Shown piece by piece: positions 10,576 to 20,494 of a stretch of 64,000 nt of DNA. The notes below the pieces were generated by a model. That model ran no database searches, had not been told where the DNA came from, and saw only the letters and a list, made by a program, of their open reading frames with translations. The translations under genes were made by a program, and so were the position numbers. Every line of letters begins with the position of its first letter. The first letter of the stretch is position 1. The stretch is from Candidatus Poribacteria bacterium (GTDB taxonomy: Bacteria; Poribacteria; WGA-4E; PCPOR2b): assembly GCA_965218095.1 (NCBI GenBank), contig OZ244587.1:2208001-2272000 (forward strand), written 5' to 3'.

Positions 10576-10734
10576 AATAAAATTAGTTCCGATATTCGAA
10601 AAAAATGCTTGATCTCATTTTGATTTTTTGATAGAATATTGTCTGAGCCAGATTGTCTCCTTCTTCTGCATTGTTACAGAGGAAAACGGAATCTCAGCAG
10701 ATATGTTCAATTCCCAACCACAAGGAAGATGGTA

Positions 10735-11883
10735 ATGAACCACTCGAATGGAGTCAGTGATGATCGCCCCACCCGATCTTTAAACTCTGAGTCATCCAAA
10801 TTGCCGACTTGTGCGCCAACCTCAGCTCCACGAACACCTGCCAATTCAGGACTGAATCCAGCCTTAACTTTCGACCGATTTGTCGTTGGGCAAAGCAATC
10901 GAGAGGTTTATGAAGCGGCAATAGGCGTCAGTAATCAGACAAGAAAGATGAATAACCCGTTAGTCATACACGGGGCGGTTGGGCTAGGCAAAACCCATTT
11001 GTTGCATGCAATTGGAAACCAATTCCGCCAAAGGCAACTGAATCGCACAGTGTACTGCCTCTCGGCGGAGAAATTCGTGCGTGAATGGATTTGGTCTATT
11101 GCAAACCCACAGAAAGCTGCTGCATTGCGGCGGCAATATCAGTACATCGATTTGCTGCTGATTGACGACGTTCACTTCTTGTCACAAGAGGTAAGAATTC
11201 AAGAAGAGTTTTTCCACTTACTAAACTGTTTGAGTGAACGAGATCAATGGTTGGTATGCACCTGTGATCGTTTGCCTCAGTTTCTGGGGGATTTTTGGAA
11301 CTCGTCCGATGGCCTTGAGCAGGGGGGAATCGTCGAAATTCGTTCGCCTGAATTTGATTTGCGGGTTTCAATTCTGAGGGAGAAGCTGAAAGAACGGGAT
11401 TCGGGGCCAGTGCCTTTGAAAGTGCTGCGTTACCTGGCAAGGCATCTCACCAATCATATCCGTCAACTCGAAGGCGCATTAAACCGATTAATGGCGGAAG
11501 CGCGTTTGGGGTCGCCCCTGACCCTCCAGGTCGCTCGCCACGTGCTAGAGGGAAGAAGCCCAGAGGCGCTATCAGATACAATCACCCTCGAAGATATTCA
11601 GGAAGCAGTTGCCAGATATTTCCACCTTACCTTATCAGAATTATGTTCTCGAAAGCGCGGAAGACGGTTCGTGTTACCTCGACAAGTTGGGATGTATCTT
11701 GCCCGCCAATTGACCTCTCTTTCGTTGACACAGATCAGTCAAGGGTTTGGGCAGAGCCACCGGACAACGGTCGGCCGAAGCTACAAACGAATTGAGACGC
11801 TACTCAAAGAAGACTTGGTACTGAGTCAATCGATCGAAGCGCTGACAACCGAACTGACTCGTCTTCAACACTCGCGTCATTAA
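10735..11883 (+). CDS. DnaA-like AAA+ protein (atypical paralog lacking domain I)
   Basis: LNPALTFDRFVVG.SN, Walker A GAVGLGKT, Walker B LLLIDDVH, IRQLEGAL, domain IV PRQVGMYLARQLT.LSL. No dnaN downstream. Confidence 0.85.
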   Translation: MNHSNGVSDDRPTRSLNSESSKLPTCAPTSAPRTPANSGLNPALTFDRFVVGQSNREVYEAAIGVSNQTRKMNNPLVIHGAVGLGKTHLLHAIGNQFRQRQLNRTVYCLSAEKFVREWIWSIANPQKAAALRRQYQYIDLLLIDDVHFLSQEVRIQEEFFHLLNCLSERDQWLVCTCDRLPQFLGDFWNSSDGLEQGGIVEIRSPEFDLRVSILREKLKERDSGPVPLKVLRYLARHLTNHIRQLEGALNRLMAEARLGSPLTLQVARHVLEGRSPEALSDTITLEDIQEAVARYFHLTLSELCSRKRGRRFVLPRQVGMYLARQLTSLSLTQISQGFGQSHRTTVGRSYKRIETLLKEDLVLSQSIEALTTELTRLQHSRH

Positions 11884-11958
11884 CCGAAAAATTGACCAAT
11901 TCATCTCTGAATACAGGTCGCATAAGACACCGGCCCTTAATATAAGTGGCTGCAAACT

Positions 11959-11996
11959 AAAAGCACCGGCCCTCATAACACGACCGGTGCTTTTTT
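11959..11996. terminator. Intrinsic terminator, likely bidirectional, between the dnaA-like gene and yraN
   Basis: AAAAGCACCGG...CCGGTGCTTTTTT between convergent genes. Confidence 0.75.
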
Positions 11997-12005
11997 ATTG
12001 CGTCA

Positions 12006-12386
12006 TCACTCATCAGCACAAAATGCAAACGCATTCTCAATCTGGTGGAGTTTGATTAGTTCAGATTGCGGGGATAGAAATATTGCGATGACATCGAATC
12101 GGCAAGGGGCATGTAGGAGCCCATGGGTTTGCAGGTAATCGAGGGCGATCTTGGAAATCTGCTTCTGTTTGGTGGGCGTCACAGCCGCCTGCGGTATGCC
12201 AAATTTGAGGTTGCGCCGCGTCTTGACTTCAACGAACACAATCTGTTTTCCCTGTTGAGCGATCAGGTCAATCTCGCCGAAACGGGTACGGTAATTCTGG
12301 GCGCGAATCTCGTATCTCTGCGCTTTGAGGTGTTCAACTGCGAATGCTTCGCCGATTTTCCCGATCTGTATTCTCGAGTTGCTCAT
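12006..12386 (-). CDS. yraN: YraN family (UPF0102) endonuclease-like protein
   Basis: GKIGEAFA..HL...Y, NYRTRFGEIDLIA, VFVEVKTR, CRFDVIAI; follows rnhB. Confidence 0.92.
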   Translation of the reverse strand: MSNSRIQIGKIGEAFAVEHLKAQRYEIRAQNYRTRFGEIDLIAQQGKQIVFVEVKTRRNLKFGIPQAAVTPTKQKQISKIALDYLQTHGLLHAPCRFDVIAIFLSPQSELIKLHQIENAFAFCADE

Positions 12387-12387
12387 T

Positions 12388-12972
12388 TCACTGAAGTTTA
12401 AAACTACGCCGATGAATCGGGCAGCGCCCAAATTGGGCGATTGCCTGCCGATGATGAAGCGTGCCATACCCTTTGTGGCGTTGGAAGTCGTAGCGCGGAT
12501 AGACCTCGTCGAGTTCAATCATCAAGCGATCTCGAGTGACTTTTGCAATAATGGAGGCGGCCGCAATGGATTGGATGAGGGAATCCCCCTTTGGAATGGC
12601 TTGGGCAGGAAAGTCAATTGGAGGAAGGTGTGTACCATCAACGAAGACATAATCAGGGGGCGGACTGATTTGCGCGATGGCTTGACGCATAGCGCCCATT
12701 GTCGCCTGGAGGATATTAACCCGATCAATCTCCTCGTTATTGATACGACCAACACCAATAGCCATCGCGGCGCCGTAAATCTCATCAAACAACCGATTCC
12801 GCTGCCTGGGGGTCAACTGCTTTGAGTCCGTCAATCCTGAAATTCGGCAGTTGGCTGGAAGAATAACGGCTGATGCGACAACGGGGCCTGCTAATGCGCC
12901 TCGTCCGGCTTCATCGACCCCTGCAATACGCTGATACCCCTGCTGTTGCAGAGCAAGTTCAAACTGTTGTAT
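12388..12972 (-). CDS. rnhB: Ribonuclease HII (apparent ATA start)
   Basis: The frame extends upstream of the listed ORF through IAGVDEAGRGALAGPVVASAVIL; also DSK.L, SIAAASIIAKVTRD, HKGYGT, IHRRSF. No ATG/GTG/TTG between the upstream stop and the catalytic motif. Confidence 0.9.
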   Translation of the reverse strand: MQQFELALQQQGYQRIAGVDEAGRGALAGPVVASAVILPANCRISGLTDSKQLTPRQRNRLFDEIYGAAMAIGVGRINNEEIDRVNILQATMGAMRQAIAQISPPPDYVFVDGTHLPPIDFPAQAIPKGDSLIQSIAAASIIAKVTRDRLMIELDEVYPRYDFQRHKGYGTLHHRQAIAQFGRCPIHRRSFKLQ

Positions 12973-12991
12973 GTCTGCTGGGCGTGTCCCT

Positions 12992-13351
12992 CTATTTCTT
13001 ATCGGTCATGCGCCTCCTCTCGCGGATTCGTATGGCTTTTCCTGTTCGATTTCGTAGATAGTACAATTTGGCTCGGCGTACTGCTCCATACCGAATCACC
13101 TGAATACTTTCAATGTTTGGAGAATGCAGCGGAAAAGTCCTTTCGCTTCCCTCTCCATAAGCAACCCGGCGAACCGTAAAAGTCTCACGCAACCCACTAT
13201 GCGATCGCTGAATGACGGTTCCTTCATAAGCCTGAACACGTTCTTTTGTACCCTCTCGGATGCGGGTGTTGACCCTCACAAGATCCCCAGGACCAAAATC
13301 TGGAATATTAGTTTTTGTATACTGGCTTTCAACGGATTCTAGCAAGTTCAT
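12992..13351 (-). CDS. rplS: 50S ribosomal protein L19
   Basis: [34 protein letters not shown]. Confidence 0.97.
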   Translation of the reverse strand: MNLLESVESQYTKTNIPDFGPGDLVRVNTRIREGTKERVQAYEGTVIQRSHSGLRETFTVRRVAYGEGSERTFPLHSPNIESIQVIRYGAVRRAKLYYLRNRTGKAIRIRERRRMTDKK

Positions 13352-13426
13352 CGTATTGTTCCTCCCTTCCTAAGATGTGATGCCTGTCGCACTAAAACGT
13401 AATGCGTAAAAGGTTCTTCTTACGTT

Positions 13427-14170
13427 TTATGCATTACTTCTTACGTTTTGATTTTTCAGTGAGTTCAGGTAAACGATATCCTCCTCTGAGAGTTCGATCT
13501 TTTTGAGTAAGTCGGGACGTCGTTCAGCAGTGCGCTTGAGCGACTGTTCGTACTGCCAACGCGCAATTTTTTCATGGTGTCCACTCAACAGGATTTCGGG
13601 AACTTTCATCCCTTCAAACTCCGCCGGGCGCGTGTAATGCGGATGATCTAGCAGGCTCTGGCTAAACGAGTCCTCTTGCGCCGATTCATAATTTCCCAAC
13701 GCACGCGGCAAAACTCGCCCAATCGCATCAATGAGTACGAGCGCTGGAATCTCCCCGCCACTGAGGACGTAATCGCCAATGGAAATCTCATCCGTGACCA
13801 GCTTTATGCGCACCCTTTCATCAATGCCTTTGTAACGTCCACAAATCAGGATGAGGTGAGATTCAAGAGAAAAGGCTTCGGCAAGCGACTGATGAAAGGG
13901 AATCCCTTGTGCAGTGAGGTAAATAACACGGGCCGTTGCGTTTGGATTCAGCGCTCTGATTGTGGCAAAAAGCGGCTCCGGCTTCATAATCATCCCAGCG
14001 CTGCCACCGTAAGGATAATCATCTACTGATTGATGGCGATCTGTTGTAAAATCCCGCACGTTGTGAACATTGACGGTCAACACGTTGGCATCTTGCGCAC
14101 GCTTTAAGATGCCAAATTTCAAGGCTGGCAGTATGATTTCTGGAAAAATCGTAATGATATCAATTTTCAT
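13427..14170 (-). CDS. trmD: tRNA (guanine-N1)-methyltransferase
   Basis: [35 protein letters not shown]. Confidence 0.97.
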   Translation of the reverse strand: MKIDIITIFPEIILPALKFGILKRAQDANVLTVNVHNVRDFTTDRHQSVDDYPYGGSAGMIMKPEPLFATIRALNPNATARVIYLTAQGIPFHQSLAEAFSLESHLILICGRYKGIDERVRIKLVTDEISIGDYVLSGGEIPALVLIDAIGRVLPRALGNYESAQEDSFSQSLLDHPHYTRPAEFEGMKVPEILLSGHHEKIARWQYEQSLKRTAERRPDLLKKIELSEEDIVYLNSLKNQNVRSNA

Positions 14171-14574
14171 TCAATGATCCGGACGACAACTCCATCTTTG
14201 ACGATAATTTCTGCCTGAGAAAGTTTGGCCCGAATGTCATCCCCAACCTCAATTTTGACGGGGGCATCATACGTCCCACTGACAAAAATATCATTATTTT
14301 CGAGTTGCTTGACCTGCTCTAACTTCTGCTCAAAATTGCTTTTGACCTGTTCCTGTTTTTCTCGTTCCTGCTTGATTTCCTCGCGAAATTGATTGACGTG
14401 ACGCGGGTCCCGCTTTTGCGCTTCTGCAATCAGACGTCGGCTTTGAAATTCCTCTTGTTGGAGCCATGTCTCAACCTGGCGAATTGCGTACTCAAGCTCT
14501 TTCGTGAGTTGTTCCTTGAAAGCGGGTGTAACGATATTTTTTAAAATAACAGGTCGTTTGACAATAACAGCCAT
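14167..14574 (-). CDS. ylqD: YlqD family protein
   Basis: [15 protein letters not shown] coiled coil and [11 protein letters not shown]; conserved position between khpA and trmD. Confidence 0.8.
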   Translation of the reverse strand: MAVIVKRPVILKNIVTPAFKEQLTKELEYAIRQVETWLQQEEFQSRRLIAEAQKRDPRHVNQFREEIKQEREKQEQVKSNFEQKLEQVKQLENNDIFVSGTYDAPVKIEVGDDIRAKLSQAEIIVKDGVVVRIIE

Positions 14575-14624
14575 TATCTATCCCACTTGTGACTCACAGT
14601 AAGTAGAAATGGTTCGGAGGGACG

Positions 14625-14846
14625 TACTATCACTAAATGCGTGAGAAAATCCGGCGGTCGTGCTTTCATCAGCCAAGAGCGTATTGCGTACTGTGTCAGA
14701 GGCAAGACGTTTCAGGCATCACAGCTCCGTTCCGAGAGTCCGCTACGCGAGACCAGACTCTGCCCCGATTTACCGGGGTTTCACTTTTTCGTTTTCATGG
14801 CACGAGAAAGTCACGGCGTAGATTTCTCAAAGGTTTAGTGATAGAA
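14625..14846. mobile_element. ~220-bp MITE-like repeat, copy 1
   Basis: TIR TACTATCACTAAA / TTTAGTGATAGAA; similar along its whole length to the inverted copy at 62297-62532 and the partial copy at 63921-64000. Confidence 0.85.
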
Positions 14847-14860
14847 CACCACCCCAAAAC

Positions 14861-15100
14861 TTAACGATGTTCAACAATCTCAAGTATCGCCTTTTTGCGT
14901 GCCTTGACTCCCGCGGCAAGTAGTACTGCTCGCATTGCTTTTGCTGTGCGCCCTTGTTTGCCAATGACTTTTCCTAAATCTTCAGGTGCAACGCTCAGTT
15001 CTAAAATGGTCACCGTCTTTCCTTCGACTTCGTCAACAGTGACCTGATCTGGGTAATCAACTAGAGATTTTGCAAGATATTCGATCAAATCTTTGAGCAT
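14861..15100 (-). CDS. khpA: KH-domain RNA-binding protein KhpA (YlqC)
   Basis: LVDYPDQV, DLGKVIGKQGRTAKAMR; directly after rpsP. Confidence 0.93.
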   Translation of the reverse strand: MLKDLIEYLAKSLVDYPDQVTVDEVEGKTVTILELSVAPEDLGKVIGKQGRTAKAMRAVLLAAGVKARKKAILEIVEHR

Positions 15101-15190
15101 CAGCTCCCCCTAAAAACGTGGTTATTCGCTATACGGCTTCAAGTAAACTGTGGTATAAAGTCACAGATTGAATCCGTATCTTGAGACAGA

Positions 15191-15619
15191 TCAATTATCT
15201 TCTTCTGAGGGTGTCTCCGGTCCATTATCCTCCGTTGCTTCTTCCGTTACTTCTACTTCCTCTTCAGCAGTAGAAATCGATTCTTCCGCTGCTGCATCAG
15301 AGGTAGCTTGTGAAGAAGACGTCGATTTTGCCTCTGAACCGGGGATTGACTCTCCTTGTTTTTCATGTATAAATTTTTCCCAAATTCCGGCTTTCGACAT
15401 GAGACTCCTAGCTGTATCGGAAGGCTGTGCGCCACTTTTCAACCATTTCAACGCCTTTTCTTCGTCAATGACGATTTGGGCCGGATCCGTCATTGGATCA
15501 TAATACCCGAGCCGTTCGATAAAACGTCCATCCCTCTGGCTTCGTGAATCAACAGCCACCAGCCGATAAAAAGGACGTCTTTTCTTTCCATGTCGCTGAA
15601 GTCTAATTCTTACTGCCAA
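15191..15619 (-). CDS. rpsP: 30S ribosomal protein S16 with acidic C-terminal extension
   Basis: TTG start after GGAGG; [43 protein letters not shown]. Confidence 0.96.
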   Translation of the reverse strand: MAVRIRLQRHGKKRRPFYRLVAVDSRSQRDGRFIERLGYYDPMTDPAQIVIDEEKALKWLKSGAQPSDTARSLMSKAGIWEKFIHEKQGESIPGSEAKSTSSSQATSDAAAEESISTAEEEVEVTEEATEDNGPETPSEEDN

Positions 15620-15667
15620 ATACGACCTCCTATTCCATAAGGCTTCGCGCAAATTCTTTGAGTGAAC

Positions 15668-17068
15668 TTAGCGTGATCTACGCCTTTTCTTTTTCCTTTT
15701 GCGCTGCTTTGGTTTTCTCTTAACCTGCCCCGTGATTCCCTTAGCTGGACCTATGAGTTGCGGTATTTCCATCATCGGATGTTGCTTCATCATGCGGTTC
15801 ATGAATCTGAGTTGATCAACCAATTGGTTGACTTGACGAACTGTTGTGCCGCTTCCCTTAGCAATGCGTATGCGGCGACTGCTATCAAGGATGCGTGCAT
15901 CCCTGCGTTCTTCCGGCGTCATCGACTGAATCATCGCTTTGGTGTATTTCAGTTGCGTTTCGTCAACTTCCATTCCCTTAATCGGGAGCTTATTGAAGCC
16001 GGGGATCATATCGACCAGTTGATCCAATGAGCCCATATTCTTGATTTGTTCAAGCTGCATAAGCAGATCATCGAAATCCAAACCTTGTTGCTCAATCAGC
16101 TTGCGCTCGAATTCTTTGGCTTGATCTTCGCTAAAAACAGTCTCAGCCCTTTCGAGTAAGGTTGCGAAGTCGCCTTCCCCAAGTATCCGCGAAGCCATCC
16201 GATCTGGATGGAATTCTTCCAATGTCGTGGGGCTGATTTTTTCGCCAACGCCAACGAACTTAATCGGCTTCTGCGTCACCGCACGAATGGAGAGCGCCGC
16301 ACCACCACGCGCATCACCATCCAGCTTGGTCAGAATGACGCCGTCAATGTCCAGATTGTCGTTGAAATGCTCGGCAACATTGACCGCGTCTTGCCCTGTC
16401 ATGGAATCAACGACGAGCAGAATTTCGGTTGTATTGACTGCGGATTTAATCTCCCGCAATTCTTCCATTAATTCTTCGTTGATATGTAACCGACCTGCCG
16501 TGTCGATGATGACGAAATTATGTCCACGATTCAATGCCTGATTGACGGCGGCTTGAGTGATTGCAGCAGGGGAAACTTCGGCGCCCATCGAAAACACAGG
16601 CACATCAATTTGTTCTCCAAGCACTTGAAGCTGTTTAATCGCTGCTGGGCGATAAATATCTGCTGCTACCAAAAGCGGACTTCGCCCCTCTGATTTGAAT
16701 TTCAGCGCAAGTTTCGCAGAAACTGTTGTTTTCCCACCGCCCTGCAAGCCGACCATCAGGATAATCGTTGGACCGCTTGGTGCTATCGTGATTTTGGCTG
16801 TTTTCTCCCCCATTAACTTCGTCAGTTCATCGCCGATAATCTTCGCAATCTGAAGCTCTGGGGTTAAGCTACCAAGCACTTCCTGACCGATTGATCGATC
16901 CTTAACACTGTTGATAAATTCGCGGACGGTTTTGTAATTTACATCCGCCTCAAGCAGTGCAAGACGAACCTCCCGCAGTGCATCAGACACATTTTTTTCG
17001 GTTAGTTTGCCTTGACTACTCAGCTTTTTGAGAACGCCTTGCAATTTGTCAGTCAAGCTTTCAAACAT
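15668..17068 (-). CDS. ffh: Signal recognition particle protein Ffh
   Basis: ALLEADV, GLQGGGKTT, DTAGR, TKLDGDARGGAALS and an M domain. Confidence 0.98.
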   Translation of the reverse strand: MFESLTDKLQGVLKKLSSQGKLTEKNVSDALREVRLALLEADVNYKTVREFINSVKDRSIGQEVLGSLTPELQIAKIIGDELTKLMGEKTAKITIAPSGPTIILMVGLQGGGKTTVSAKLALKFKSEGRSPLLVAADIYRPAAIKQLQVLGEQIDVPVFSMGAEVSPAAITQAAVNQALNRGHNFVIIDTAGRLHINEELMEELREIKSAVNTTEILLVVDSMTGQDAVNVAEHFNDNLDIDGVILTKLDGDARGGAALSIRAVTQKPIKFVGVGEKISPTTLEEFHPDRMASRILGEGDFATLLERAETVFSEDQAKEFERKLIEQQGLDFDDLLMQLEQIKNMGSLDQLVDMIPGFNKLPIKGMEVDETQLKYTKAMIQSMTPEERRDARILDSSRRIRIAKGSGTTVRQVNQLVDQLRFMNRMMKQHPMMEIPQLIGPAKGITGQVKRKPKQRKRKKKRRRSR

Positions 17069-17232
17069 GACATTTCCTTTGCGTAATACGTAATGCGTAA
17101 ATGAACTTAGAAATTACGCAGTTGATCTCAACGAATCTACGATTCATCTGCATCTTGATCAGGATTCAAGATACAGGCTTGTTCAAATGAAATGCGTGCC
17201 TCCCATCATTAGTTCATTTCCCGATTTGCAAA

Positions 17233-17601
17233 TCAATTCATCAATGCCTGAACCCGTTTTCTGATATATTGGACCGTGCGAATTTCTTCTGTACAATCGA
17301 GATTGGTTCCCAGGATTTGCAGGTGTTCCAAAATATCTGACAGCATTGCCTGTTGTCGTTGAAATGCAGCCAACAAACCCAGCTTTTCCTCATATCGTTC
17401 GAGGGCAAGTTCTGCAGATTTCACCGAATCGTGGACAGCTTGGCGGGTAAGCCCAAAGCGTTCAGCAATTTCCCCATACGACAAATCATTCTCATAGTGC
17501 AGCTTGAGGAATTTCTGCTGTTTTTCGGTCAAGAGATTGCCATAAAAATCGGAGAGAAGAACAACCCTCAGTTTTTCAAGAGACAAACCTGCTGCCCTCA
17601 T
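17233..17601 (-). CDS. ylxM: YlxM family DNA-binding protein
   Basis: DFYGNLLTEKQ, DLSYGEIAE..G.TRQAVHD, YEEKLGL; upstream of ffh. Confidence 0.92.
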   Translation of the reverse strand: MRAAGLSLEKLRVVLLSDFYGNLLTEKQQKFLKLHYENDLSYGEIAERFGLTRQAVHDSVKSAELALERYEEKLGLLAAFQRQQAMLSDILEHLQILGTNLDCTEEIRTVQYIRKRVQALMN

Positions 17602-17697
17602 ATTTGCAAATCTATGAACTGTCAGGTAATCCGGCTTGATAGCGCCTCTAAGATACCCTATTCACCTGCGAATTGTCAACGGAAAAATGAAAAACCC

Positions 17698-17726
17698 TTG
17701 ACACGCATGCCAAGTATCGCTATAAT
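17698..17726 (+). promoter_or_regulatory. Consensus sigma70 promoter for cutA
   Basis: TTGACA-N17-TATAAT. Confidence 0.8.
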
Positions 17727-17783
17727 CTAGCGGATGCTTATGAATTAACGAATCAACTCATAATAGCACCGAGGAAATATGCA

Positions 17784-18110
17784 ATGGAATATGTAATCGG
17801 TTTCGTGAACACAGGAAGCATGAAGGAAGCAAAGAAGATTGCCAAAGCGTTGGTTGAACGTAAACTGGCGGCGGGCATCAACGTTATCCCGGTAGTGCAC
17901 TCATACTACTGGTGGAAAGGGAAAGTTGAATCCGGTGCGGAAGCCAAGCTGGTGATCAAGACAAAATCGGAGCAAATGGATGCCATAATCGAAGCCGTTA
18001 AGGAACTACATAGCTACGAAGTCTGCGAAGTTACGTTTGTTCCAATAGTGGATGGAAACGCGGATTACCTCAGGTGGATTGATGATTCCGTGAGCCAGGG
18101 AAATCTTTGA
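17784..18110 (+). CDS. cutA: Divalent-cation tolerance protein CutA
   Basis: EAKKIAKALVERKLAA, SYYWWKGKVE, IKT, LHSYEV.E, GNADYLRW. Confidence 0.93.
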   Translation: MEYVIGFVNTGSMKEAKKIAKALVERKLAAGINVIPVVHSYYWWKGKVESGAEAKLVIKTKSEQMDAIIEAVKELHSYEVCEVTFVPIVDGNADYLRWIDDSVSQGNL

Positions 18111-18125
18111 TTTGGAGCGGGAAGC

Positions 18126-19232
18126 GTGAGAAAAAATAGATTGAGTAACTACAAACGAAATGAAATAAGCGTGGCGCTGTTTCCACCACTGCCGGTGCAA
18201 TCGACCCCTTTGTCGCAACCTCGAACAACGACCCCGATTTCCCTGATAATCGGGGTCATTGTGAGCCTTGGGCTAATTGCCCTCCTGATCTTTGTCGTGC
18301 CCTGGCAGTCAGTGTCGCAGACATTTACGGGAACTTTGGGCTCACTGTATGTCCAGGCCAAACAGATCAAGCTTCCTCAGATTAAACTGCCTCAAAAGGA
18401 AAAGCCTGGCACGGAAGTTTCAACAGCGGAAACACCAGCGATTGAAGTTTCCTCGCCGCCACCGATCCCTGAGCCGGACCCAAACCTGCTTGTCGGACGT
18501 TATCCGGTGAGAAAGTACATGGATATTCGGTACACAGTCTCCCACGGCGACTGGCTCTATCACATCCTTCGGCAGTATCGTAACCGGATCTTTCCTAAAA
18601 AATATCGCAATTGGCAACTGTTGGCTCAGTATAACCGAATACGCTCGTCACAGTACATATTGAAACCAGGCGAAGAATTTCTCATCCCAACATTAGCGCA
18701 CATCGCGCTGCCGAAAACAGGCTATGAAACCGAGCTTCAACAGATCCAATCTAAACTTGCGAATCAGCCCGAAGATCCGGTGCTGCTGAATCGACTGGCG
18801 ATTATCCATTTCAAACGCTACAAATTAAATGAGTCACGGTCAACACTGCAACAGGGCATCAAGCTATCGCCACACAACGGTGTGTTACACAACAATCTCG
18901 GTTTCATTTACCTGATCGTCGAAGAGGACGCGAAAGCCCAGCACGAATTAGAGCTTGCAATTGCACATTCCGAGAAACCTGCGATTCCACATTGCAATCT
19001 GGGTGCGCTGTACATGACAATGGGCAAACTCGACTTGGCAATCGAGGCTCTTGAAAGTGCTTTGGAAGCGGATGCAAACCTGCTTGATGCAAAGTATAAC
19101 CTCGCCCTCGCTTATGAAAAAGTCGGGCAGATCAATCCGGCGAAGGAATATCTTCGCGATCTTGCCCAGATTCTGCTGGATGATGCTGAGGTGAAGTCTG
19201 CACTTGAGCGCTTGAACACGGCCAATGAGTAG
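18126..19232 (+). CDS. Membrane-anchored LysM + TPR protein
   Basis: Single N-terminal TM; YTVSHGDWLYHI...LAQYN..LKPGEEFLIP (LysM); C-terminal TPRs. Confidence 0.75.
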   Translation: MRKNRLSNYKRNEISVALFPPLPVQSTPLSQPRTTTPISLIIGVIVSLGLIALLIFVVPWQSVSQTFTGTLGSLYVQAKQIKLPQIKLPQKEKPGTEVSTAETPAIEVSSPPPIPEPDPNLLVGRYPVRKYMDIRYTVSHGDWLYHILRQYRNRIFPKKYRNWQLLAQYNRIRSSQYILKPGEEFLIPTLAHIALPKTGYETELQQIQSKLANQPEDPVLLNRLAIIHFKRYKLNESRSTLQQGIKLSPHNGVLHNNLGFIYLIVEEDAKAQHELELAIAHSEKPAIPHCNLGALYMTMGKLDLAIEALESALEADANLLDAKYNLALAYEKVGQINPAKEYLRDLAQILLDDAEVKSALERLNTANE

Positions 19233-19283
19233 GTTCAGAACGTGGTAGCCTATGCGATGTGTCAGGATGAATGGAGAAAAACC

Positions 19284-20279
19284 ATGAACCGCAGAGAATT
19301 CATTAAGATCGCCGCAATGAGCGCAGCGGGAACGATGGGGCCACTGCGCTATCTTGATGCGGGAAGTGACTTTGCTAAAACAGTACTGAAGCCCGCTTCG
19401 ATGATTACGCCAAATGACAAGTTCTACGTTCTTCAGATTGGGAGGGCGCCGCTCGTTAAGGCTGAACACTGGCGGTTGGCGATTAGGGGGTTGGTCGAAA
19501 AACCGATCATGTTGAACTACGCAGATATGACGAGTATGGAGTCTGTCACGACGATGCGGACGCTCAAGTGTATTGGTGATCTAATCGGCACAGAGCAGAT
19601 GAGCAATGCAAGGTGGACAGGTGTACTGCTGCGGAATATTCTTGAAAAAGCGGGCGTCAATGATGAAGCAGAGGTCGTCGTGTTCCACTGTGCTGATGGC
19701 TATCATACGGCCGTCCCGATTGATCGCGCGCTCCGTGAGGAGGTGCTCTTAGCGTACAAAATGAACGGTGAGGTCCTTCCCCGCGAGCACGGCTTTCCTG
19801 TCCGTTTGCTCAACCCCGGTCACTATGGCACGAAGAATCCGAAATGGATCATAAACCTCATACTGGCGAAATCGCACGAGGGCTATTGGGAAAAGCGGGG
19901 TTGGGACCCAGTTGCGCGTGTCAAGCTCGCAACCTTGGTCGGCAGACCTGAAGATGATGAAGGAATTCAAGCCGGCACGAAATATACAATCAGTGGCGCT
20001 GCGTTTGACAGCGGAAATCATGGAGGGATTGCGAGCGTTGAAGTGAGCGTTGATGGCGGTGACACATGGGCGGAGGCGGAGATCTGGGCAAGTGATTCGT
20101 CGCTTGCGTGGTACCTCTGGAAATATACATGGCAGGTATCTGAGAATCCGGGGATAGTCGAGATCTATGCGAGAGCAATTGCGAATGATGGGTTGACGCA
20201 ACGAGAGATCGGCTTCAATGCCGGGCATGCGGGTGCCGTCGGCTATCACACAATCCGTGCAGAAATCGTGAAGAGATAG
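19284..20279 (+). CDS. Tat-exported molybdopterin-dependent oxidoreductase (sulfite oxidase family)
   Basis: MNRREFIK twin-Arg signal; TLKCIG Mo-ligand Cys; MNGE.LPREHGFPVRL; VEVSVDGGDTW. Confidence 0.9.
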   Translation: MNRREFIKIAAMSAAGTMGPLRYLDAGSDFAKTVLKPASMITPNDKFYVLQIGRAPLVKAEHWRLAIRGLVEKPIMLNYADMTSMESVTTMRTLKCIGDLIGTEQMSNARWTGVLLRNILEKAGVNDEAEVVVFHCADGYHTAVPIDRALREEVLLAYKMNGEVLPREHGFPVRLLNPGHYGTKNPKWIINLILAKSHEGYWEKRGWDPVARVKLATLVGRPEDDEGIQAGTKYTISGAAFDSGNHGGIASVEVSVDGGDTWAEAEIWASDSSLAWYLWKYTWQVSENPGIVEIYARAIANDGLTQREIGFNAGHAGAVGYHTIRAEIVKR

Positions 20280-20494
20280 CCACAGATTTTTCTGATGATC
20301 CCTAAGCTCGTGTATGAAAAGTCCTACGAAACCTTCCGAAGGTTAGCAAAGAACTACTTTTCACACACCCTCTAAATTTTGCCATTGATTTTGTACCTGA
20401 ATTATGGTAAAGTACCAGTGTAAATCTGTTTTAAGATTTCGTAAAAGTGAGAGATGGCCAAACTCTCAAACAAAGACCAAAAGGGAGAAAGCAA

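Noticed and set aside
10356-10734. Replication origin upstream of the dnaA-like gene
   Set aside because: Only one DnaA box, lying inside a MITE; no box cluster and no dnaN/gyrB context.
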